From Tetramitus jugosus (taxonomy: Eukaryota > Protista > Heterolobosea): 64,000 bases of DNA. The stretch lies in NCBI GenBank assembly GCA_937625935.1, contig OW569381.1, positions 124,001 through 188,000 of the forward strand, written 5' to 3'. Below the pieces are notes generated by a model that was given only the letters and a program-made list of their open reading frames with translations, had not been told where the DNA came from and ran no database searches. Position numbers and translations under genes: made by a program. Below, in pieces: positions 21,364-31,210 of the stretch; the stretch's first letter is position 1; every line of letters starts with the position of its first letter.

Positions 21364-23404
21364 TTACTCAATAAAGCATAGTGAGCAACCCAGAGCATAC
21401 TCTTCACCATTTTCTCCATGATTTCCACCCACAGGGCATTTGCCAGGTCCTTTACACCTTGGTAGTTTGTCCTTTGATTTTTTTGTCAGTCTGCGTGTCG
21501 TGCATTGAATCTCGTGACATGATTGACAAAAGTGTGTGCTGCCCCAGCAGTACCAAACAGCAATGTTGCAACAGAATCGGCATTTGAACTCTATGAACTC
21601 AGTTCCATGAATGAAGCACGATTGGCTGTTTCCTAGTTCTCTTGTGAGACAACCACCACATATCAGCTCTTTTGGATCAAAGTTGTTGTTACCATCTCCT
21701 AGATCCATATCACATCTACTCCTGCCACCATAATAGGGATTCTTACAACGGTTACATTGATAATAAGCAAAGTTGTAGTAGGCCCATTTCAACTTGTCGA
21801 AATCTTCCTTGCCTTCTAGTTCGAGTATTTTGTCAGTTTGTATTCTTCTCCTGCACAAATTCAGTACTGTTCGACGAAGTTGTCTAAGTTGTTTTGTAAT
21901 GTCATCGAGGGATTCATGGTGAATCTCTTTCTTGCATATTGGACAATCCATGAATCCAAAAGTAATTCTTGCTCCTGGCCAACCACTGGTCAACTTCTTT
22001 CGGACGCAAGACTCGTGAAACACGTGTCCACAATCTAGTAGTAAACAAGGAGCTTCTCTTAAGGTTTCAACAAAACAAATATTACAAAAGTCATTCCCAG
22101 AAGGAAGAGGCTCTTCAACTGTCGTACAATCCAAGCAAGGCATGCAGAACCTCTCACCTCTTATGCCGTAGCATTCATGATTACAAATCAACACCTTGTT
22201 ACACGATCTGTTTTTCTTTTCAGTGCATTCTGGCTTTCCACAATTATTGAAGTCGAAGAATGGAGAGCGATTGTTTATGCTATCACTGCAGAAGCGACAG
22301 TGTTTCTCCAATGAATACAACCTATACTCTTCACAAGTTTTGTTCTCATGGTAGGGAATGCTGTTACACGAGGAACAAAACTCTGACCTGCAGCTTCGAC
22401 ACAAAAAGCGATTCATTTCCTTCTCAATCTCTGCTTCGGATACTCTTCGATTATCTTTCTTCAACTTTGCAATGACAGAGTCCCTATCCTCCTCAATCTT
22501 CTGAAATACGGTTTGACACTGAACATTAGGGCATGTAACACATGATTGATCATTCTTGAGAGCTCTATGAGCCAATACATCAAGCAGGATATGAACTTGA
22601 GATTCGGACAATACTTCTTTTATCATGGACATATTGACCACGGAATCACAATTGACAGACGGACAGGTTATCGATTTGAACACAGATTCCCCACTGATGA
22701 TACGTTTGAGATGGCTTTCTAAACAATTCATGCAAAAAGAATGTTCGCAATGCTAATATGTCTACTAGTTAGATCTTCATGGTCCTATGTTCATCAACTC
22801 TTTCAAAACAAACTGTAGTTCAAACACACCTCCATAAACATCACATTTTCCAGATCTAATTCCGCTTTGCATTTGCTACAAAAGATAATGTGCCGAGCTT
22901 CTTGTAGTGTCTTTTGTTCGGTATTCTGAGCGCATAGCTTCATTTCTTCCTCGTGAATTCGAATAGCAATATCCTCATCTCTCTAGAAGAGATTTCTTGT
23001 TAGAGCTTGCAAGAAACATAAATCGGCCAACCTACATAGATAGAGGCACATACCATTCCATAACTCCCAAAATCAAACTTGCCAGGACTCCATGGCGAAC
23101 AGTGGTTTTGATTCTTCCTGTTCTTCCTTCTTGGGAGTTTCTTTGGAGAAGAGTAAATAGCTAGATCTTCTTCCTCTATGTCCTGTAGGGTAAACGGACT
23201 GCGAATCATCTTTCCTTTCTTCATACATTTGGGGGAAGGAGTATAAACGAGTCTACATCTAGTGGTGTTCAGGGAGGCAGTTTCACGAAGAGACTGACCA
23301 TCTGTAAGAGAAGAAATCCCTAAAACACATTCCGAACAATGAGCTTCTATTGTGTGCGAAGAGAATAGGCCATGACACACAGGACATATCTCGTTTTCGT
23401 TCAT
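21364..23404 (-). CDS. E3 ligase: UBZ-like zinc finger + RING1 + IBR + MYCBP2-type RING/RCR domain; exons ~23404-23054, 22982-22830, 22752-21364
   Basis: Phase-0 GT-AG splices join CPVCHGLF..EAHCSEC, FCSKC..ME|HCEHSFCMNC..CPSVNC, an IBR, then the MYCBP2-like CNICF..CGHVFH..GWPGARITFGF..YYGGRSRCD..FKCRFCC..AVWYCWGSTHFC..GEEYALGCSLC. Confidence 0.85.
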
Positions 23405-23452
23405 TGTTGGACTGCGAGTGAATCAGAGATCCAGCAGATGTTTTCAAAAAGT

Positions 23453-23534
23453 CGCCCACTGTAGGATTCGAACCTACGCGGGATGAACCCAACGCATTAG
23501 CAGTGCGCCGCCTTAACCACTCGGCCAAATGAGC
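23453..23534 (-). tRNA. tRNA-Ser (GCT)
   Basis: Reverse complement GCTCATTTGGCCGAGTGGTTAAGGCGGCGCACT-GCT-AATGCGTTGGGTTCATCCCGCGTAGGTTCGAATCCTACAGTGGGCG; long variable arm; TTTTT terminator. Confidence 0.96.
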
Positions 23535-23582
23535 TTATATTTTGATATTACAACATTTTCGCCCATAAATAAAATATTTGCG

Positions 23583-25332
23583 CGGCATGCTCAGGATGGT
23601 CATGCACCCAAACAAACTGGAACTCTATGTCCGAAAGATGGGCAGGAATAGGTCTGAGCACAATATAGTGATCAACAATGTTGTCGTGCGAGCAAATGGC
23701 AGTGAAAAGACATTCAGAGCACTGGGACTCTTCACTAACTTGAACGGCTGTACAGCCAAACAAAAGGAGCAGGCGCAAGAAAAGGTTAAAAGGGTGGTCA
23801 ACCGTTTGAGAATCATGAAACTCACTCCGAGGCAAGTGGCTAGAATCGTCAACACATGCATCCATCCAGTGTTCCTCTACGCGTGTGAATTCACGCATTG
23901 GACACAAGGATGGATCATGAAAGTTAACCAGATGGGAAAGGCGCTCATCAAACAAGGCTCTGTTGCAATGAGGCGGTACCCGTCTGATTTGTTGCAGATC
24001 ACAAGTGAAAATGGTGGATTTGGGTTGCGCAAAATCGAGCAGTCAATTGTTGTGAGAACCGCCTGGTTCATCAAGGATATGATGAGAGGAAAGAGTGACA
24101 CCGAAGCTCACAAACTTATGTTGGACTCGCTTGAGGAGATCAAGCTTCAACAAACATTCCAAAGGGAGAATGTCTTTCAGTCGAACAATAGGTTGGAGTT
24201 GGTCAAGCACACTTACCTCAAATGGTGTGCGGAGCGCATGCACAACAACAGTTTGACTATCGCATATGGTGATGAGGTCAATTGTTTGAGCTGTAACCTT
24301 GCCCTGTCGCAGTCAAACGATGTGACCAAGAAGTTTTTTAAGATTGGTATCAGCCTGAAGGAGCAGCTGATAAGAAATGGTAAGTGGATCAAGCATGGAG
24401 AGCTTGTCAGAGCGCACGGTAGTTTTGGCATCAGTGCACAGAGATACGGATATATTCTCATGGACCTTGAACTCCTACAATGCAACGGCACACATGATAT
24501 TCCTGCTGTAGCCTTACCCATACTAATGTACAAGGACAATTTTGAAGTGGTTGAAAAAAAGCAGATCTGGGCTGCCTTCACTCGGCAGTATCGAGATCTG
24601 ATCGGTCGAGAGAAGTTGTGGTGGATTCAGAAGGCATGTTTGGGAGGTGTAACAGACTTCTCCTTTATGAAATGCCCGTTTAGGATTGACAGAAAGCTTG
24701 AATGGTTTGTTGCACAAGTCAAAAGCCAAACACTTCACACAAAGTCGGTGGTGAAGCATCTCTACGGTGTGGAAGATATGGACATGACGTGTCCCAAGTG
24801 CAACTTTGAGCAAGAGACGGTCCTTCACTGCCTTGTGAATTGTCCAGTTGCCAGAATGGCCAGGATTTTGCTCTCAAAGGAGGTCGCGAAAAAATTAAGC
24901 TCTATGGGTCTGCATAAGTCGCAATGTGTCGACATTTGGTTCGATAACCAGCAGTGGCGCAATGGAAAACGAACAATGAATGAGCAGAGAAAGATAAGCA
25001 AAGAATATTTGATAGGAATGTTAGGAGTAGAAACTCAAGCTGTTAAGCAAGTGGCCAAAGGGCTCAAGAAGAGTGGAATCAAGAAGGAGGTAGCCAATCT
25101 GAAAGCTAAGCAGTTTGTGGACAACACGAAGAGGAGATGTGTGGGGGTGATGCATCGCCTCTTCACAAGCTCCAAGAACATGGCTGGTTGCTGATGCTCT
25201 GCGAGCATCAACAACAAAAATAATTTAACAGTGACGGCATTCTGCCGCCACAGTCATACTAGTTACCTTACCTTGGTAAAGAGAAGAAACACAGATTAAA
25301 CAGCGCAACCACTGGTTGTATTTTAAAAAAAA
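23583..25332 (+). mobile_element. 5'-truncated non-LTR retrotransposon (open ORF2 C-terminal ~540 codons, 3' UTR, poly(A)), 49 bp upstream of tRNA-Ser
   Basis: Homologous to ORF2 55725-59213 from MHPxKLELYVR onward; CCHC CPKC..ETVLHCLVNC; hairpins then GGTTGTATTTT-A-tail; candidate 7-bp TSD ATTTGCG (23576-23582 and 25333-25339). Confidence 0.93.
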
Positions 25333-25339
25333 ATTTGCG

Positions 25340-26355
25340 AAAGCGCGGGGCTCACATAGACAGAGAGAGCAAGCTTGGCAAAAGGCACAGAGAGTTGTCG
25401 TAAGGCTCAGGCTGATGAGGCTGACTGCGAGGCAGGTGAGTAGGGTGGTCAATACATGCATACATCCAATATTCACCTATGCATCAGAGTTCACCGATTG
25501 GACTGCAGAGTGGCTTGACAAAGTCAACTTGTTGGGCAGATCGCTGGTGAAGTTTGGGTCAAAAGCGATGAAAAGATTCCCGACGGAGTTGCTCTCCGTC
25601 AGTTGTGATTTGGGATCAGTCGGACTCAAGGATATTGAGGAGTCAATCGCTGCTCAGACTGGTTGGTTCGTGTTCTCGATGGTCAATGGTAAAAAGGACA
25701 CAGAAGCACGAAGACTGTTCCTTGACACGCTTGAGGATATCAAGCATCATCAAACATTCCAACAAGAGAATATGTATCAGTCAAGGAACAGACTAGAGTG
25801 CATGAAACACTCCTACCATAAGTGGTGTGCCGACAGGATGCACTGTCACAACATTCAAATGACCTCTAGCGTGGTCAAACAGTGCGATGACTGTTGGCTC
25901 GCAAGATACATTCCAACCACTTTGCTCAAAAAACTTTATGTTGAGGGTATAGTTAGTCGTAAACAACTAGTGGTGGATGGTGAGCCTATGTGCTTCAATG
26001 CAATGTGTTTACAACACATCTGAGAAGCCCAAAAGTGTGTGTGGTGTCAAATTGAAACAGTAACTTATTCGCTGCCTCAGAGCAGTTAAAAGTCGAAGAT
26101 TACTTACAATGAGTTAGTGGAGCTAGGAGTGGCACGAGAGAGTTTTATCGACATCTGGTTTGACAATTTGCGACTGAGGGAAGGAAAATTGTCGCTAAGA
26201 CCTATCAAGAAAACCAGCAAAGAATACCTTCAAGGAATGATGGGCATCGATGTAGATGCCATAGAGCAGGTAACTGATGGATTGGTGCTTAACGGGATGA
26301 AGAAGTCAGTAGCCGCAAAGAACGCCAAAACATTCGTGAGCAGTGTGAAGCGGAG
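25340..26355 (+). mobile_element. Second, divergent 5'-truncated copy with an internal deletion and frameshifts
   Basis: RQVSRVVNTCIHPIFTYASEFTDW..QTFQQENMYQS, then a broken zinc knuckle and DIWFDN..KTSKEYLQGMMG..FVSSVKRR. Confidence 0.85.
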
Positions 26356-26389
26356 AGCAGAGAGCAAATCGCGAATGGATACGAGCGAC

Positions 26390-26589
26390 AGGAATGATGG
26401 GCATAGAAACGAATGCCATCATGGAGGTCGCTCAGGGCCTTATACTGGAGGAAGGAAGAAGCCACTGGCACAGAAGAAAGCCAAAACGTATGTGAACAGT
26501 GTCAAGAGAAGATGTCTTAAGACTCCACCACACCTGTTCACTACAACGAAGGATAAATGTAATCAACAGCTTTCGGTTGTATTTAAAAA
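26390..26589 (+). mobile_element. Third, degenerate 3' fragment (lineage of 54895-55261)
   Basis: ATGATGGGCATAGAAACGAATGCCATC (MMGIETNAI) and AKTYVNSVKRRCL..HLFTTTK match the 55020-55271 ORF; ends GGTTGTATTTAAAAA. Confidence 0.75.
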
Positions 26590-26886
26590 GAATTGACTTT
26601 GTTTTTTTACCCTACACGGTGGTCGTTCATACTTGGTACAAGCAAAGATATCATTGAGAGCTGCCAGAGTAGATTCATGAGCTGTGAGCTGGGCCAACAA
26701 GAGACAAAAATACAACCCAGCAGTGGTACCTGTAACCTGTTGTGCTACTCAGCAGCCACCATCAACCTTGAGTCCAATTTCAACCTTCGAATGTAATCAA
26801 GTTGTTTTTGTCCTCAATTGGCTGTGGCATGTGATCCTTTAGACCCCATCATCAATGATGGTCCATGTTTGACTGATATCTAACGG

Positions 26887-27234
26887 TCAGACGGGCCTAT
26901 TGACGTACTGTCTGTTCCCATTTCTGTTCACGTAATAGACTCCTCCTCTCGGACCAACACGATAATCGCGCTCACTTCCACTCATAGTACGCACGAACTG
27001 TACCGGCGCCATCACCAGAGCGGAAAAGAAAAGAACAATAATGTTGAACCACCATTGCCAGATGTTGGATGGAATTGGAGGTGCAGGAGGCGGAGGTGGA
27101 ATTGGAGGTGATGACAGTGATGCCAGATGAGTTTCTAACAGGCCAGCATGTTCTAGTTGTTCACGAGTGAAGGTTCTTGCCTCTTCTTCGAATTCTTGTA
27201 CACTCACGCGATTCACAACAAACTGTTGATTCAT
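26887..27234 (-). CDS. Small Pro-rich single-TM protein with a C-terminal GPRGG..Y..NGN..YV (basic adaptor-like) motif
   Basis: 115-aa ATG-initiated ORF; poly-Pro, hydrophobic WWFNIIVLFFSALVM, then VGPRGGVYYVNRNGNRQYV. Confidence 0.6.
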   Translation of the reverse strand: MNQQFVVNRVSVQEFEEEARTFTREQLEHAGLLETHLASLSSPPIPPPPPAPPIPSNIWQWWFNIIVLFFSALVMAPVQFVRTMSGSERDYRVGPRGGVYYVNRNGNRQYVNRPV

Positions 27235-27511
27235 TTGTCACAAGGAACTTCTTCTTTTTGCAGTTGCGGGGTATTCATGTCCCAGTTTTATCTCGTCTTT
27301 CTTCTGATCCCTATTTCTTCTGCCGAAACGTCAAAATATCCCGACGAAAAGTCACCATAAACAAGATGTCCTTGATGAAGAGTGTCAGCTTCGTTGTATC
27401 TTCCAATGAAGAATAGTAATCCCATAACGCACTCGCAACATGCAGCGACCATAATTTGATGTCATACAGACAGAACGGGTTCATCCGCTGTCAGTTTTTA
27501 CTAGATATTTG

Positions 27512-29764
27512 TTATTTACACTGAAGGTGTTGGCTTGATTGAATCACTCCAGACATTGCACTCAACACTACTTGACGGGTTATGTTCGCATCTTTGAGAC
27601 ATAAAAAGAGACAGCCTGATTTCAGAGAAAAATGATTCAGTTGCTCGTTCTTTGGAACTAACATCTCAGACAACCACTTCTTAGCCCCAGTTTGAGCATC
27701 GAGTGAGTAGACAACCAGACGATGAAGTTGTTCATTCATTTCGAGCTCATCACTGTGCTCACGTTCATAGACGCCATTGATCAACTGTCGCCTCTCCAAA
27801 TGTTGATACTCAAGAGATAAACTGTAACAGGCAGCAATAAACAATCGATCCGCATGCTGTACATAATGTCTGGTAATGCCCTGAGGTATCCAAATCACAG
27901 TGGACCAAACAAGTGCGGGCAGTACATTCTGCTTCAATACGAGCTTTTTCCTGCCGACAGGACCTTCATACTCCTCGATATATTCCCTCTTGATCGCAAC
28001 GAGGTCAATTGATGTAGGTTTCTCAATTAAGCGGCTCCTGAGAGATTCCAAAGGTAGGCTTGCAGCAAAACTGTCACTGATTTTCTCCTGAGTAGCTAGC
28101 GACGCTGCATAATATCCGTCAAAATAGTGAGAATTGTACGTCTCGTGAAATCCGAATACTTCACTATCTCTCAACTCCTCATCAGATGTAAATAATGAAC
28201 TCTTGAACAACAATTCTCCCTCTTCGACATCATACACGCTTAAGTCAGAAGTCATAATATTGGAGTTTGTTACAACAAGAGGATTACCATCGAATTTAGC
28301 CGTAAATTGTTGTAATTTGTGGTCAAAAATGGCATGCTTAGAATCTGACTGCTGTACGAGCAACCTCAACTCGTTATGAGCAAATTCACCAGGACAAAAA
28401 ACCTCGAGCGCATACTTGAAGGAGTGAATCGTGGAAGCTTGGGTATCAAGGATACTCACCGGATACAATGTGTACTTGTTGTACAGATAGATGAAATCTT
28501 TAACAGCAAGCGCTATGATTGGGCCCAAGATGATCATTCTTGCTGTAAATTTGGTCAATCTCGATTCAACAATATCAGCCTGTTCGTCCTCTCTATTCAA
28601 GTTTAATACAGAGTAAATATCATCAGGATCGATAAAACTAATCCGCTCTCCACTCTCTCCATTCAACACAATTACATATGTATCGTACTGTACAAACACA
28701 TGATTGGAGGAAACATCGTACCATGTCATCATATGGTTATCTTGGTAATCTTCGTTTGCTCTCCTATCATTCACGTTTTCAGGAACTGAATCTTCATCAT
28801 CGCTCTCTCCTCCCATCTCATCGTCTGAGACTTCATCCTCTGATAAATCATCTTGTCTCCTGTTCCTTCTCAGATATCGTTTGTAATGCTGTTGTTTGTT
28901 GACCATTTCAATTGGCTTAAGTTGATCAACAGGAACCCTCCACTTCTCGTGTCCTGTCATTGCATGCAGACAAACCAAATACTGAACTCTTGTAGAGTCG
29001 AATCGAGAATTTGCCTCTACAATTTGGAACAAGTATCGTATACCTGTGTACACGAGAGAGGGAACATTCGTTTCATCAGACTGCATATTATTTTCCCCAA
29101 GCTGCAAGGTAGTAAACTTCATGTTCACTAGATTTCTGTGCGTGTAAATCGAATCAAGTTGTTGATAGAGAAGACTCCAATGAAGAATAGGATGTTCTAA
29201 TCGATGAACATTTCGATGCAATAACATGTCATAAATGGTCTTCTTGTCACTCAATACACAGTAGCGATCAGGACTCTGATTGGTACCCTGAATAGCAAGT
29301 CTATTCCAATCACGACTCACACACTGACACAGACGAACTTCTCTCATGGTTAAGAAGCTAAAAATGAAAGATATTATATCAGTGATTGTTAACTCCTTAA
29401 GTTGAGCTTCCTTTGCCACCTGACCCATCACAGTAATCTGAATCACACCACTCTTGTTCGGAAGTTGTTCACTCTTCTTGCTTGCTTGTCGCTTTAGTGA
29501 CGTCGTCAACGTCTTTTTCGTCAGAGTACGAGGAGAGACTTGGGAGTCGTGGGAAACATGACGTTGATCCATTGTACAATCATCAGAGCACTTGATCACC
29601 TTGCCTCCTTCAATAAGCTTTTGGGCCTTGACAGGAATACCAAACTCCTCCCACAGAAAGTTCTTGATTTGTCCGAGAGTGACCTGAGTTGGATCAATCT
29701 GATCGATCGTATGTTTCTTTTTCAGAGATACGAGATTGAAGATAACCTTTGTCATGTGCACCAT
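27512..29764 (-). CDS. Ubiquitin-like + F-box + PQQ/beta-propeller-like protein
   Basis: Ubl TLGQIKNFLWEEFGIPVKAQKLIEGGKVI; F-box LTITDIISFIFSFLTMREVRLCQCVSRDWN; PQQ-type repeats LHAMTGHEKW and LDAQTGAKKW. Confidence 0.8.
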   Translation of the reverse strand: MVHMTKVIFNLVSLKKKHTIDQIDPTQVTLGQIKNFLWEEFGIPVKAQKLIEGGKVIKCSDDCTMDQRHVSHDSQVSPRTLTKKTLTTSLKRQASKKSEQLPNKSGVIQITVMGQVAKEAQLKELTITDIISFIFSFLTMREVRLCQCVSRDWNRLAIQGTNQSPDRYCVLSDKKTIYDMLLHRNVHRLEHPILHWSLLYQQLDSIYTHRNLVNMKFTTLQLGENNMQSDETNVPSLVYTGIRYLFQIVEANSRFDSTRVQYLVCLHAMTGHEKWRVPVDQLKPIEMVNKQQHYKRYLRRNRRQDDLSEDEVSDDEMGGESDDEDSVPENVNDRRANEDYQDNHMMTWYDVSSNHVFVQYDTYVIVLNGESGERISFIDPDDIYSVLNLNREDEQADIVESRLTKFTARMIILGPIIALAVKDFIYLYNKYTLYPVSILDTQASTIHSFKYALEVFCPGEFAHNELRLLVQQSDSKHAIFDHKLQQFTAKFDGNPLVVTNSNIMTSDLSVYDVEEGELLFKSSLFTSDEELRDSEVFGFHETYNSHYFDGYYAASLATQEKISDSFAASLPLESLRSRLIEKPTSIDLVAIKREYIEEYEGPVGRKKLVLKQNVLPALVWSTVIWIPQGITRHYVQHADRLFIAACYSLSLEYQHLERRQLINGVYEREHSDELEMNEQLHRLVVYSLDAQTGAKKWLSEMLVPKNEQLNHFSLKSGCLFLCLKDANITRQVVLSAMSGVIQSSQHLQCK

Positions 29765-29925
29765 TGGTTGTGATTTCTTTTCTGAAGTCTGGATGTGCGT
29801 TTTAGCTTTTTCAATCTGAGCTAAAAAAAATGGTTGAGCCTGGAATGGTGCGGGTCTTTGGCTTTACAAAACGGAAGTTCAAGTGGGAACACGAGGGAAA
29901 CATCTTGAACCTCAAGATAAATAAT

Positions 29926-30970
29926 TTATTCAAGGATCATGACATAGGTATACACAGCATGCAAGTGAACTGCAGCTGCAGCAGCTACAAACAGATGCCA
30001 AATGGCATGAGCAAAAGGAAGACGACCATCTGAATTGATACATACAAAGTTAGCTTACACTGGTTGTTGAACAACAAAATAAACGAAAAAATTTCTGGCA
30101 CGACATACCCATTTGGAAAATGATTGTTCCACCACTGTACAGCAATCCGCCGCCAGCAAGCTCTGCAACGCTTCGAAATAGTTTTAGCTCCGTTGTCATG
30201 CTGCCAGTGTTGACCTTATAAATGAGCACTGTCATGTAAATGAGAGAAACCCACCCCATTGATAAATAGAGCAACATGCTCGACAGATTTGGTAAAAAGC
30301 TTGAAATACAGCTCTTGAGTGTACCAAACACTGCAAACGCCCAAATAAACGTAGCAACAGCCTTTCCAAACACATTGTGATCACCAATGTCGATCAAAAT
30401 GGTCCAAGGCGTATAGCTCGCAGCAATAAACGTAAAAATGATCGTGTGATCCATTTTTTGAAACACACGATTCAAATTGTTGTCCTTACCCCACAGGAAC
30501 CCTGTCAAATGATAGGAGCTGCTAATGGAAAACAACAAGAAGAGGCAACCTCCATAGATGGATGCACTAATCATCTCCCGATGTGTGTTCACTTCCTTGA
30601 ACATGTAAAACGTGGCACAGATGGACAGGATAGCAGGAATGAAATGAGTAAAGAAATTGGCAAATTCCTCCCATGGTGTCGGCTCGTACTCCACTCCATC
30701 AGTAATTCCATTCATCAAGTGAAAAGGCCGTAGACCACATGGACATGAACAATAAACGCGCTTTTTTACATCTCCCGCCACTTCTGTAGTCAAATTTTGG
30801 GCGACGGCAAAATCCTTGTCCAACAACAATTCTTCAGTTTCCTGTTCGCTACTCTGCTTTTTTCGAAGTGTCAGTTGATTACTCTCATGCTCTGCATATG
30901 TGTTCTCTTGCGTGTTGTTCATCTTCATGTTTATCGTGTTTTGTGTTGAATTTCCACTAAAAAGCATCAT
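29926..30970 (-). CDS. PAQR/hemolysin-III family membrane protein (MMD-like); intron near 30107-30030
   Basis: [46 protein letters not shown]. The spliced last exon [16 protein letters not shown] completes the family motif. Start codon uncertain. Confidence 0.88.
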
Positions 30971-31210
30971 GCTGGAATATCTCAACGATGATTCATTCCT
31001 CCGCAAAGGACAATCGATTCTAACAAGAATCCCAAACAAAGAACTGTAGAAAAATTATCTGAGCTCTTGTAATGCAGGAAGATCCTTCAGAAAGCTATCA
31101 TTGTTCAGACAAAGGGTCCTCCAAAAAAAGCTTACAGAAGCCTTGAGTTTTTTCAAGGTGTTTTGTTCTACCGTGCCCAAAAGACAACAAAACAGACACG
31201 AAAACTTCGC

